A stretch of DNA of 64,000 bases from Synergistales bacterium (GCA_963666205.1 OY762654.1:1728001-1792000), one strand, 5' to 3'. Counted from the stretch's first letter, positions 10,978 through 20,858 are shown. The notes: generated from the sequence alone by a model not told the origin. Translations and numbers: made by a program.

Positions 10978-11814
10978 CTATGGTGATGTGGATGAATTAT
11001 CCGTACCAAAATCCAGAATCTGTAAAGGGTCTTTCAGGATAATTTCTCCACCATGATATCCAGCCATTACCTTTCCCACAACCTTCAATTCTTTTCCAGA
11101 AAATGGGATGAGAAAGGCAAACTTCTCAATATCGCTATCATATATTACTAGGGAAAAATGTCCACTGTCTGCGAGTAGAATATTTCTGTTTCCACTTCTG
11201 ATGATCTTTTTAACCTTTATCTTCAGGGTAATAAAGTTCCCTTTCAGGTAGGGTAATTCCGCCCATGCCTGAGCAGTGCTGAAATGCCTTTTACGAGCCC
11301 TTTTCCATAGCCCATTCTCTTTCTCTCTGGCAAAATCCAGGGCTTTATGGATCCTCTCTGTGTATTTCACATTGGGAGGGATGGTAAGAGGCATGGCGAA
11401 TCCCCTCCTGACAAGTTCCTCGTTTACCATGAACTGTCTATCTTTATCCAGCCACAGGTAGGCCAGGAGCCTCCCATATTTATCTCTTTCCTGAAGGTCG
11501 AGTTCCAGAAAAACCTGTCTCTTTTCCACCATTTCCCTGTTTGCAAGAAAGGCTTCTATTCCCAGCTCTTCACGCCCCCGTTGAGGATGATGGGTTTCAG
11601 GAGTGTCTATAAGAAGGTATCTTACCGTTTCCAGGGAGCCTTTCTTAAGCCTTATCTTTGCTGTATCTCCATCAATAACATCAATAACACTGCCCTCCAG
11701 AAGATCTTCAGGGTGTTGACCTGAAGGGTAACTTTCAAGAGAGGAACAAAACATAAACTGGAATATCAGCGTTATTGCCAGAAGCAGTAGAGAGATCTTT
11801 TTTCTCATTTTCAA
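10978..11814 (-). CDS. Secreted thermonuclease (SNase) family protein with C-terminal extension
   Basis: VIDGDT, VRYLLIDTPE and DKYGRLLAY motifs; signal peptide. Confidence 0.92.
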   Translation of the reverse strand: MKMRKKISLLLLAITLIFQFMFCSSLESYPSGQHPEDLLEGSVIDVIDGDTAKIRLKKGSLETVRYLLIDTPETHHPQRGREELGIEAFLANREMVEKRQVFLELDLQERDKYGRLLAYLWLDKDRQFMVNEELVRRGFAMPLTIPPNVKYTERIHKALDFAREKENGLWKRARKRHFSTAQAWAELPYLKGNFITLKIKVKKIIRSGNRNILLADSGHFSLVIYDSDIEKFAFLIPFSGKELKVVGKVMAGYHGGEIILKDPLQILDFGTDNSSTSP

Positions 11815-12165
11815 AGTCGGAAAGATCTTCCGGTTCCTTTCTGAACGTTTTTATCTGTTACCATAGATCGCTCTACGGGTAAGGTAATTGACAGAATCCG
11901 CAGTTCAATAAAACAGAAGGCAAAGCCACCAGCAGAGCTGCACAATATTTATTATCATATACAGCTGTAAGCTTTTTCATGTATCATAACAGAAACCGCT
12001 CTTTCCTTTCAGGAAGAATGAAAAATGATTCTTATGTAACTGACACCATGTCAACCGGTGCAGCGCTGAAGAGTTAAAGGATCTTTTTCTTCAGTTTTTG
12101 GTAAACTTTAATAAACATGATGATCCAGATCTCAAGCTGCATAATACTTACCAGGGGGTTATCTA

Positions 12166-12861
12166 TTGACAGATCTTCAGCAGATATTTCCGGAAGATTT
12201 CGCTTCTCTTAGGGAACCGAAGGAATCTCTTCTTAAACAATATTGCCATCTCCTGTCCGGTTATTCGGGAAAGATCCGATTGACAGGGCCTTCTGACCCC
12301 GAAGTGCTTTGGAGGGAACATGTTCTTGATTCATGTTATGCTCTGCCCCTCCTTCCAGCATCCGGAACGATTCTGGATGTTGGAACTGGAGGAGGACTTC
12401 CTGGTATTGTCTGGGCTGTCTGCAGGCCCGACCTTGAGATACATCTTCTTGACAGCATAAAGAAAAAATGTGTGGCCCTGGAACAGATAATATCTGATCT
12501 TTCCTTAAGGAACGTGAAGGTAATATGCTCCCGTTCGGAAGAACTTGCCCAAAATTCCAGGGAAAGCTACGATCTTGCCGCTGCAAGAGCAGTAACTGCC
12601 ACAGGTGTCCTTTTGGAATACCTGGCTCCCCTTGTAAAACCAAAGGGCCAGGCTCTTGCATTTAAGGGGTCCAGCTATATTTCCGAAATAGGAGATCTGA
12701 CCAACAGATGGTCTGATCTGGGTTTTTCCGATCCTTCTATCCGGAATTATTTTGTGGGATCCAGTGAGCACTTTATTCTCTTATGGAACAAGAACAGTTC
12801 ATGCCCTTCCGGATTTCCCCGTAGAGCTGGAATGGCAGAAAAAAAACCATGGTGGAGGTGA
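12166..12861 (+). CDS. rsmG: 16S rRNA m7G527 methyltransferase
   Basis: HVLDS, DVGTGGGLPG, DSIKKK and ARAV motifs; directly upstream of parA-parB. Confidence 0.95.
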   Translation: MTDLQQIFPEDFASLREPKESLLKQYCHLLSGYSGKIRLTGPSDPEVLWREHVLDSCYALPLLPASGTILDVGTGGGLPGIVWAVCRPDLEIHLLDSIKKKCVALEQIISDLSLRNVKVICSRSEELAQNSRESYDLAAARAVTATGVLLEYLAPLVKPKGQALAFKGSSYISEIGDLTNRWSDLGFSDPSIRNYFVGSSEHFILLWNKNSSCPSGFPRRAGMAEKKPWWR

Positions 12862-12865
12862 CTTC

Positions 12866-13636
12866 TTGATCACTTTAGCAATGACTAACCAGAAGGGCGG
12901 CGTTGGGAAAACGACGAGCTGTGTAAATCTCGCTTCTGAACTGGGCAATGCCGGTTACAACGTTCTAGTAGTAGATATAGACCCCCAGGGTAACTGTACC
13001 AGTGGCTTGGGAATAGAAGCATCACAGATCGAAAATTCACTATATGATCTTCTTCTTGATGATGCCGAGATCTCTGAGGTGGTTACACCCACATCATGGA
13101 AGGGAGTTTCCGTTATTCCGGCAACCATAGATCTTGCGGGGGCAGAAGTTGAACTGGCAAGTGCCATCAGCCGGGAAACCAGGCTGAGTCGAGCCCTGGA
13201 AAAATCTACAGGTTTTGATATAACCATTATTGATTGTCCTCCATCACTGGGTATTCTTACCATCAATGCTCTTGTGGCAGCAAATAAACTCGTTATACCA
13301 ATTCAGTGTGAGTATTATGCCCTTGAGGGTGTCGGACAGCTTACAAGAACAGTCAAGCTACTTAAGGATTTTCTCAATCCCTCTCTTTGTGTTGATGGAG
13401 TTCTTCTCACAATGTATGATCCACGAACAAATCTTTCAAATGAGGTTCTGGAGGAAGTCCGTAACCAGTTTGGTGAACTTGTATTTGAATCTGTAATTCC
13501 CCGAAATGTCAAACTTGCTGAAGCCCCAAGTTTTTCGACACCCATAACATACTATGAACCTAATTGTTCCGGAGCAAAAGCGTATAAGGAATTTGCCAGG
13601 GAGGTGGCTGTAAGATGGTTAAACACCGCGCCCTAG
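12866..13636 (+). CDS. parA: Chromosome partitioning ATPase ParA/Soj
   Basis: NQKGGVGKTT deviant Walker A, DCPPSLG, QCEYYALEG; TTG start after GGAGGTG. Confidence 0.96.
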   Translation: MITLAMTNQKGGVGKTTSCVNLASELGNAGYNVLVVDIDPQGNCTSGLGIEASQIENSLYDLLLDDAEISEVVTPTSWKGVSVIPATIDLAGAEVELASAISRETRLSRALEKSTGFDITIIDCPPSLGILTINALVAANKLVIPIQCEYYALEGVGQLTRTVKLLKDFLNPSLCVDGVLLTMYDPRTNLSNEVLEEVRNQFGELVFESVIPRNVKLAEAPSFSTPITYYEPNCSGAKAYKEFAREVAVRWLNTAP

Positions 13637-14517
13637 GAAAGGGACTTGGAGCCCTGATTCCAGGAGCTCCAGAGATGCCCGACCGAAACTGTGATGAAGT
13701 CTTGCTTCCTTCGCATAAGACCTCTACCCTGCCGGTTAACAAACTCTTTCCCAATCCCGATCAACCAAGAAAAGCAATGGACGAAGAAAGTCTGAAGGCT
13801 CTGGCTGAATCTCTGAAGGTCCATGGAATTGTTCAACCACTGGTAGTCAGGGAGAAAGATGGCTCCTTTGAGATAGTTGCAGGAGAAAGGAGATGGCGGG
13901 CTGCTCAACTTGTGGGCATAAATGAAGTTCCTGTCACTTTCTTTGAGGGTTCTGACCAGGATGCCATGGAAGTATCTCTCATCGAAAATATTCAGAGGGA
14001 AGATCTATCACCCCTTGAGATCGCTCAGGCTATTCTTGATCTGACCACAGAGTTTTCACTCACCCAGGAAGAGGTCGCAAAGAAACTTGGCTGGAGCAGG
14101 GTTTCAATAACGAACAAGCTCAGACTTCTCAAATTACCGGAGGAAGTCAAGTTTCTCCTAAACAACGGACTCCTTTCCGAAGGCCATGCCAGAGCTCTCC
14201 TTGGTCTTGAAATCGATGAAGATCGTATCAGTTATGCCAGGCGCTCTGTATATAAAATGTGGTCGGTCCGACAACTTGAAAAGACTATACAGGAGAGGAA
14301 ACACAATACAATACCCCAATATGTTGAGAATGCACTTGAGGTTTCACCCTTTCAGAAGCATACGGCTCTATTTGCTACCCGCTTTGGCCTTTCTTTACGT
14401 GTTTCAGGCAAGGAATCCAACATGAAACTTTCCCTTACAGGTCTTCAGGCCAAAGAAGTCGAACAAATACTTGATATTCTAGAAAATGAGGCTGAACAGT
14501 TATTTCCCGGGAAATAA
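13615..14517 (+). CDS. parB: Chromosome partitioning protein ParB/Spo0J
   Basis: LGKGLGALI, PNPDQPR, GERRWRA, ENIQREDL and HTH. Confidence 0.96.
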   Translation: MVKHRALGKGLGALIPGAPEMPDRNCDEVLLPSHKTSTLPVNKLFPNPDQPRKAMDEESLKALAESLKVHGIVQPLVVREKDGSFEIVAGERRWRAAQLVGINEVPVTFFEGSDQDAMEVSLIENIQREDLSPLEIAQAILDLTTEFSLTQEEVAKKLGWSRVSITNKLRLLKLPEEVKFLLNNGLLSEGHARALLGLEIDEDRISYARRSVYKMWSVRQLEKTIQERKHNTIPQYVENALEVSPFQKHTALFATRFGLSLRVSGKESNMKLSLTGLQAKEVEQILDILENEAEQLFPGK

Positions 14518-14556
14518 CACCATATCAGTAGTTAGTACTTAAAGGAGGTACATGCT

Positions 14557-14772
14557 ATGGATAAGCGAATTGAAGATCTTTTATATTTTGGACGCATTAT
14601 ATCCTCGGCCCTCCTCATTTGTGGTTTTGTAGTGCTTGGTATGATCATCGGCAAAAAACTGGTCGAAAAAGGATATCCCAACTGGGTAATCTTGCTATGC
14701 GCATCACTTGGCGCCCTTTTCGGATTGTGGCAGGCGTGGCTTTGGATTACAAAGATAATTAAACGTAATTAA
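14557..14772 (+). CDS. Small two-TM membrane protein (AtpZ/AtpI-like)
   Basis: Strong RBS AAGGAGGT; two hydrophobic helices. Family call is tentative. Confidence 0.6.
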   Translation: MDKRIEDLLYFGRIISSALLICGFVVLGMIIGKKLVEKGYPNWVILLCASLGALFGLWQAWLWITKIIKRN

Positions 14773-14814
14773 CCAAAAATCAATATAGTATATAGTCTGT
14801 TAAATATTCATTAA

Positions 14815-14830
14815 TGTTTCACGTGAAACA
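14815..14830. promoter_or_regulatory. parS site 1
   Basis: Perfect TGTTTCACGTGAAACA inside a 22-bp palindrome at 14812-14833. Confidence 0.93.
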
Positions 14831-14905
14831 TTATCTTCAGCGCGCATATTTCGTGATCGTCTTTAGAAGTAAAATAGAAACCCTATTTCGGAAGGTGATG
14901 ATAGT

Positions 14906-15385
14906 ATGGATCATCTATTTGCTCCCTGGCGCATGTCATATATAGGAGATGAAAACAAGAAACAGGGATGTATCTTCTGTGATTTTCCTAAAGAAAATAA
15001 TGATCATATCCGTAATATCCTGTTTCGTGGGAAATCCTGCTTTGTAATTCTTAATGCTTTTCCTTATAATTCGGGCCACGTGATGGTTGCGCCCTATCGT
15101 CATGTGGCAAATTATGACGATCTTTCTCTTGAAGAAATCACGGATCTCAACCTACTTACCTGCAGGTGTTTAAAGATGATGAGAAAAGTACTCAAACCCG
15201 AGGGTTTTAATATGGGTATTAACATGGGTAAAGTTGCTGGTGCCGGGTTTGCAGGTCATGTTCATCTTCACATAGTACCCCGCTGGAACGGCGATACCAA
15301 TTTTATGTCTGTAATCAACAATACCAGGGTTGTTCCCGAAGCTTTGTCCCAGACTTATACCAAGTTTTCTGAAGCCTGGGAGTAA
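14906..15385 (+). CDS. HIT family hydrolase (Ap4A phosphorylase-like)
   Basis: APWR, CIFC, LNAFPYNSGH and HVHLHIVPRW motifs. Confidence 0.93.
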   Translation: MDHLFAPWRMSYIGDENKKQGCIFCDFPKENNDHIRNILFRGKSCFVILNAFPYNSGHVMVAPYRHVANYDDLSLEEITDLNLLTCRCLKMMRKVLKPEGFNMGINMGKVAGAGFAGHVHLHIVPRWNGDTNFMSVINNTRVVPEALSQTYTKFSEAWE

Positions 15386-15387
15386 AT

Positions 15388-16011
15388 ATGTCGGAAATCG
15401 TATATCTCCGTCCCTTCCGGAACATTTCTGTTGATTTTAAGGAAAAACGCTCTCTGTTTATTGGACATGTTCGCCTTGTCACCAGTGAAGAAGAAGTCCG
15501 ATTGGAACTTAAAACCCTCTCTGAACAATATAAAGATGCCTCTCATAACTGTTGGGCTTATCGTCTTGATTTCCCTTCCTACAGGGAATACTACTCAGAT
15601 GCCGGGGAACCATCCGGCACAGCGGGTAAGCCTATCTCAGGCGCAATCGCCCGAAAAGGTATTACCGATGTCCTTGTCGTGGTTACGCGCTATTTCGGGG
15701 GTACTAAACTGGGAGTCCGCGGCCTTATTGAAGCGTACGGCAGAGCTGCTGACATGGCACTTGACGCCTCGGATGCCTGTCCTTATACCCCTTCCATCCT
15801 CGTACATCTTGTTATTCCCTATGATGGGATCCGCTCAGTGCTTTATGCCCTTAAATGCCTTGGCATCCATGAGAACGATGCCACCATTTCTTACCTTGAT
15901 TTCATAGAAATCCTGATCCCCATTCCGCTCATCATAAAGGATCAGGCCTCGGAACTGTTCACTGGTCTTACACACAAAAACTACATCCTTCGATGGAACT
16001 GGCAGCACTGA
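15388..16011 (+). CDS. yigZ: YigZ/IMPACT family protein
   Basis: ASHNCWAY, DAGEPSGTAG and VTRYFGGTKLG motifs. Confidence 0.92.
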   Translation: MSEIVYLRPFRNISVDFKEKRSLFIGHVRLVTSEEEVRLELKTLSEQYKDASHNCWAYRLDFPSYREYYSDAGEPSGTAGKPISGAIARKGITDVLVVVTRYFGGTKLGVRGLIEAYGRAADMALDASDACPYTPSILVHLVIPYDGIRSVLYALKCLGIHENDATISYLDFIEILIPIPLIIKDQASELFTGLTHKNYILRWNWQH

Positions 16012-16150
16012 ATACTTTCACACTCAATAATGCCCCTTCTTCCCTGTGGCGGGAACACTCCCAGTCACATCGCTTTGAATAGTTCATTTCCAATCATCAT
16101 GACCAGTTTAACTATCTCTACCGTGGCCAGCACCACGATGTGATCAAAAA

Positions 16151-16166
16151 TGTTTCACGTGGAACA
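16151..16166. promoter_or_regulatory. parS site 2
   Basis: TGTTTCACGTGGAACA flanked by AAAA/TTTT. Confidence 0.9.
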
Positions 16167-16329
16167 TTTTAAGGGGAGTAGTTATAAAGTCCTAGGTCAG
16201 TAATGGTCAGCGCCTATCTACACATCTAATGTCCACGAATAAAGGTATCCATGCCAATTGTTGTTACTCTTGAAATCGCGATGTCAGTCTGTATAATAAA
16301 CGGGTGACACTTACATTGGAGGTTGAAGT

Positions 16330-16911
16330 TTGAAAAATAAAACCGTGTTCCTGATAATGTCTTCCCTGTTTGCTATTCTTACGGCTATCGGCGCCCAGAT
16401 ACGAATCCCATTTCCTTTTGTGCCTCTGACACTGCAGACATTCCTGGTTGTTCTCTCGGGTCTTGTTCTTGGACCAGTCGCAGGGGCTGTTTCTCAGGTG
16501 GTTTATATTGTTATGGGTCTCCTTGGTCTTCCTGTATTTGCAGGCGGAGGAGGTCTTCATTATATATTCCATCCAACTTTCGGATTCCTTGCTGGTTTTG
16601 TTCCAGGGGCATGGATAGCGGGTAAGATGGCCAGGAAGATCCGATCTGGAAATATCTGGACTTATGTTCCTGCCTGTACTACTGCAACTGCAGTGATTTA
16701 CATATGTGGACTTTCTGTTCTGTATTTCAATCTTAACTTTATTGCAGGGAAATCCCTTCCCTTTGGAAGTATCATTCGTATGGGGCTGCTTCCCTTTCTA
16801 CCGGGTGACCTGTTCAAAATATTCGGAGCTGCATTTCTTGCAGATAAGGTTTTACCTGTTCTGCACCATGCTGATCTATTCAATACTGCTGATTCAAGGG
16901 AGAATCCTTAA
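16330..16911 (+). CDS. bioY: Biotin transporter BioY
   Basis: VPLTLQT, GLPVFAGG, PTFGFL and PFLPGD motifs. Confidence 0.94.
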   Translation: MKNKTVFLIMSSLFAILTAIGAQIRIPFPFVPLTLQTFLVVLSGLVLGPVAGAVSQVVYIVMGLLGLPVFAGGGGLHYIFHPTFGFLAGFVPGAWIAGKMARKIRSGNIWTYVPACTTATAVIYICGLSVLYFNLNFIAGKSLPFGSIIRMGLLPFLPGDLFKIFGAAFLADKVLPVLHHADLFNTADSRENP

Positions 16912-17097
16912 AAGATATATACCACACATCCCAATTCTAATTTCTGATCTGCGAAGGTGAAGGGTTTCTGGCACAGGGTAGTGGATGTCTTCTTTTCTTT
17001 TTAAAAAACTGCCCTGAGAAGAGTATCCAAAGCCTGATCAAAACTGACCTAAACGTGCGATCTTTCCATACATCAAGTACACATATTTCTCTTTCTT

Positions 17098-18456
17098 TTA
17101 CCTTTCAGCCATAGCCTTTATTTGTTCTATATATCTCTGCACATTGAATTTCCTTGTTGCTCCCTTGTAGTTCATGTATCGTATCTTCCCGAAAACAGGC
17201 CTTGAAGGCCATGCACGGTCATGTACCCCTCCTATGCTCCAGGCTATTCCAGTGTATCCGTTGGGATCTCTTCCATCCAGTTCATAGCGGTCATTCAGCA
17301 GAATAGCTCTCTGGAGGGCTTCTTCTGGAGAAGGTGACCATTCCAGTATCTTTTTTGCCCAGTACATCCTTATCCATCCATGCATTTTCCCCTTCATAAC
17401 CATCTCCAACTGTCCGGCGTTCCATAGTTCATCATGGGTTTCAGCACCTTCAAGTTCGCTGAATGAATATAGATGTTCCCTTCTGTCCTGACGGTGTTCA
17501 TTGAGGCTATTACGTGCCCATTCGGGGAAAGAACTGTATGAGTCATAAAAAGGTGTATAAAAACAAAAATTATCGGCCAGTTCCCTTCTTACAATGACCT
17601 CTTCCAGAAAGGCTTCTTTAGCTTCCGTTCTTTTTCTGGAGAGTGAAACTTCAAGTGCAGTTCTCTGAGGAGATATATGTCCGAAATGGAGATATGGAGA
17701 AAGAAGGGATAAACCAGGAATTCCCGGATCATTTCTGTCCAGAGGATATCTCTCAAGTCTTTCTGAAATAAACTTTTCCAGAACTTTCATTCCTCCTTCA
17801 CTCCCGGGAACGAGCCAGGAAACAGGTGGTACTGATCTGTCTGCCCTGATCCGTCTCTGGATTTCTTTCCATGCCACCCTGGGGATTTTCTTTTCAAGGG
17901 GGAATGGGTGGAAAAGCAGGTCCGGAAAGGAGACAAGGTATTTATTCAGAAGTCGATGGATCTTTGGTCTTATGGTCCTTGCAGCGAATTCTTTCTTTGT
18001 TGATGTTTCCCAGCAGGGTATGATGTTATGGGAATCAACTTCATGTAAGGGTATATCGATGGTATCTCCAACCTTTCTTTTCCACTGCTTTTTTATTCGC
18101 AGAGGATCAAAGTCGGTGATGATCTCGGAAACTGAATACCTGCTGACAAGAATGGAAATATTCTGTTCAGGTTCTCCCTCCAGCAGGAAGAATGGTATTC
18201 TTTTAGCCAACAGCTTTTTTTCAGTTTCTTCCATCCCTTTGAGCATAAAGTCATAGGCTCGGTAGGGAGAGTCCAGGAAAGAGGGAGTAATATTGAAACA
18301 GACAATGAGGGGAACCTTCATATCAATAGCTCTTTCCTGAGAGTAGAGGAGAGCCCAGTTGTCATCTGCTCTCTGGTCTCTGCTCATCCAGTACAGGACT
18401 GGTCCCTTCTTTCTTTTCCCCTCCTGAAGTAGCCTTGTTCTTGATTTATCGATCAT
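17098..18456 (-). CDS. phrB: Class II CPD deoxyribodipyrimidine photolyase
   Basis: YWMSRDQRADDNWAL, LSPYLHFG, RRELADNF, RMYWAKKILEW and DGRDPNGY motifs. Confidence 0.95.
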   Translation of the reverse strand: MIDKSRTRLLQEGKRKKGPVLYWMSRDQRADDNWALLYSQERAIDMKVPLIVCFNITPSFLDSPYRAYDFMLKGMEETEKKLLAKRIPFFLLEGEPEQNISILVSRYSVSEIITDFDPLRIKKQWKRKVGDTIDIPLHEVDSHNIIPCWETSTKKEFAARTIRPKIHRLLNKYLVSFPDLLFHPFPLEKKIPRVAWKEIQRRIRADRSVPPVSWLVPGSEGGMKVLEKFISERLERYPLDRNDPGIPGLSLLSPYLHFGHISPQRTALEVSLSRKRTEAKEAFLEEVIVRRELADNFCFYTPFYDSYSSFPEWARNSLNEHRQDRREHLYSFSELEGAETHDELWNAGQLEMVMKGKMHGWIRMYWAKKILEWSPSPEEALQRAILLNDRYELDGRDPNGYTGIAWSIGGVHDRAWPSRPVFGKIRYMNYKGATRKFNVQRYIEQIKAMAER

Positions 18457-18528
18457 TATAATTCCTCCATAAAAGGATCCACTCTTTTCACTATTTTTTT
18501 TAATGTAGAATATTCCATACTGTTCAGA

Positions 18529-18680
18529 TCAGATAGTAGGTCCTTCTCTCCGGGTACCGAAGAACAGGGGATCCTGAAAAAAGAATACTTTGCTTGCTTT
18601 CTCGAGAGTTGGATGGTTAGTAAAAAGCTGATAAGGAAAGATCAAAAGGGCCTGTTCCCGGCGTGGAGTTCTGTTCTCAT
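18529..18680 (-). pseudogene. N-terminal remnant of a cryptochrome/photolyase-related (DPRP, COG3046-like) gene
   Basis: Reads ALLIFPYQLFTNHPTLEKASKVFFFQDPLFFG then stop; the nearest ATG (18680) is out of frame. Confidence 0.55.
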
Positions 18681-18879
18681 GGTCCTTCTGATCATCTCGA
18701 GGATTAAAGAGTTGGATCCCATTGATTTTCCATTGTAAAGCTTTCAGGCAGAATAGTTAATCAATGATAATTATCAGGATGATTCTAATCGTCACTTTCA
18801 GTTGCATGGGATGGGTAAAACGAATAGAGTGAAAAGAGATAGAGTATTCATTTACTTGCCATGGAGGGGTTTAGAGAAT

Positions 18880-20103
18880 ATGAGTGTTGAGAAAATGGGA
18901 TTTTTCATGAGGGATTTTATTGTTTCAGACATTAAGGCAACTGAAAAAAAAGTGGAAATATTTCCAGGAGATATATTGAAGAACATTGTCAGAAAAGAGC
19001 TGATAGTTGAATATGAAGATTTGGACGTTGACCTCAGGGAATTGGATTTTTCTATACTTACGGTTCCATATATTCTGAATGTAGCACCTGTCATTTGGGC
19101 AATGGGCCTGAAGTGTCGCATATATTCCATGGATGAGGTCTTTGTTCAAAGCCTTGAGGTAATTAAAAATGGTTTAAAGAAACTTTACCCGGCCCTGAAC
19201 TGGGATGGAGAGATCATTCCTGAAATGGTGGTGAAGAATTTCTTACCAGAGGCAAGGGAGAATTACAGGGATGTCCTCTTTTTCTCGGGAGGGTTTGATT
19301 CGACTTATTCCGCATTGAAAAGTGATCCCGAAAAAACAGTTCTTTTGACTGTAAGGGGTCATGATATTTCTCTGAACAATGATTCAGCATGGCACTCTGT
19401 AATTTCGAGGGTAGAAGATTTTTCAAAGGCTCTTGGATTCAGGACGGGAAGGGTGAATGCAAATATTTTCCGATTTTTGTATTACACTCCGATTCATAAG
19501 AGATTTCCTGAACTTAAGCCCTGGTATGCTTTTGTACAGCATGGATTGAGTCTTGCTGGTCTGGCATTTCCTCTTGCCTTTACGAAGGGGTGGAATTCCG
19601 TAGGTTTTTCTTCTTCAAATGATGAAGTATCAGCTCATCTTCCATGGGGGGCTCATCCTCTGCTTGAACCAGAAATTAAAGTGAGTGGTATATCTGTTAA
19701 ATCTGTTGGAGCAGAGATCAACTGGATTAACAAATTGAAGGATATCGTAACTTTTTACCGGAAAAATCCTGATCTCCCGAAGCCTTTTTTAAGGGTCTGT
19801 CTTGATAAAATGTCAGGTCGAGCCTCTGAAAACTGTTGTAGATGTACTAAATGTCTGAGGAGGATAATTGCATTGCTTCTATTTTCAGAAAATCCTAATC
19901 AATGGGGGTTTAATGTTCCTGAACCAGTTTTTCTCCACGTCAGGAAACGTTGTCTTGCCCTGGATATTACAAATACTTATGATGAGTATTACTGGCATGA
20001 GATGGCCAGGATGGCGTTCCCCTACTTCGGGAAGGAGAACGAAGAATATGAAAATTTCTTTAGCTGGCTTGAAAAATGGATTCCGGGAGACTGTGATTCC
20101 TGA
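18880..20103 (+). CDS. Uncharacterised PP-loop (adenine nucleotide alpha-hydrolase-like) protein with Cys cluster
   Basis: FFSGGFDST PP-loop; VC...NCCRCTKCLR; start uncertain (18802/18880/18907). Confidence 0.7.
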   Translation: MSVEKMGFFMRDFIVSDIKATEKKVEIFPGDILKNIVRKELIVEYEDLDVDLRELDFSILTVPYILNVAPVIWAMGLKCRIYSMDEVFVQSLEVIKNGLKKLYPALNWDGEIIPEMVVKNFLPEARENYRDVLFFSGGFDSTYSALKSDPEKTVLLTVRGHDISLNNDSAWHSVISRVEDFSKALGFRTGRVNANIFRFLYYTPIHKRFPELKPWYAFVQHGLSLAGLAFPLAFTKGWNSVGFSSSNDEVSAHLPWGAHPLLEPEIKVSGISVKSVGAEINWINKLKDIVTFYRKNPDLPKPFLRVCLDKMSGRASENCCRCTKCLRRIIALLLFSENPNQWGFNVPEPVFLHVRKRCLALDITNTYDEYYWHEMARMAFPYFGKENEEYENFFSWLEKWIPGDCDS

Positions 20104-20138
20104 TGATCGAACTTGAAAACAGGGGGGTAGGGAAAAGG

Positions 20139-20858
20139 ATGGATGATCTTTTGAAATTTGCAGAAATGATAAAAACTTCTTCGAAAGTTGTTGTTTTCAC
20201 AGGAGCCGGTATGAGTACCGAATCGGGTTTGCCCGACTTCAGATCTGATAATGGCTTATGGAAGGAAGTTGATCCCACCCAGCTTGCTTCAGTGGAGGCT
20301 ATGGAAATGGGAGGCGAGGAATTTTTTTCCTTTTACAGGGACAGAATCGATACCCTCATGAAAGTGAAACCAAACCCGGGGCACTATATTCTTTCCGAAT
20401 GGGAACGAAAAGAGGTCATTGCTGGAATAATAACCCAGAATGTGGATGGGCTCCATCACCGGGCAGGATCGAAGAATGTCGCCGAGCTTCATGGCAACCT
20501 GAGAGAAGTAAGGTGCAGAAGGTGCCAGAAGATCTTTCCCGCATCGTTGTTTCTTGAAAGCAGGAAATGTCACGAATGTGGCGGCAGGTTAAGGCCATGT
20601 GTTGTTCTTTTCGGGGAGATGCTTCCTGTGACAGGGCTTACGAAGAGCGAGGATCTGTTAAGGGGATGTGACCTTTTCATAGTGCTTGGTTCATCTCTGC
20701 AGGTATCTCCTGCCAACTGGTTTCCTCGGGATGCCAAAGCAGCCGGAGCGGATCTTGTGATAGTGAACAGAACTCCAACTCCCCTGGATGAACTGGCTGA
20801 TCTGGTCATTGCGGGATCTGTTGCAGAGGTTCTCGGGAAAATTAATGCCATCCTTTAG
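20139..20858 (+). CDS. cobB: NAD-dependent protein deacylase (sirtuin)
   Basis: GAGMSTESGLPDFR, TQNVDGLH, HG, two CxxC, GSSLQVSPA. Confidence 0.93.
   Translation: MDDLLKFAEMIKTSSKVVVFTGAGMSTESGLPDFRSDNGLWKEVDPTQLASVEAMEMGGEEFFSFYRDRIDTLMKVKPNPGHYILSEWERKEVIAGIITQNVDGLHHRAGSKNVAELHGNLREVRCRRCQKIFPASLFLESRKCHECGGRLRPCVVLFGEMLPVTGLTKSEDLLRGCDLFIVLGSSLQVSPANWFPRDAKAAGADLVIVNRTPTPLDELADLVIAGSVAEVLGKINAIL

Noticed and set aside
18880-20858. QueC-like plus SIR2 anti-phage system (Qat/Thoeris-like)
   Set aside because: The sirtuin is a canonical Zn-binding CobB deacylase, not a defence SIR2 domain, and no partner ATPase, TatD or TIR gene is present.
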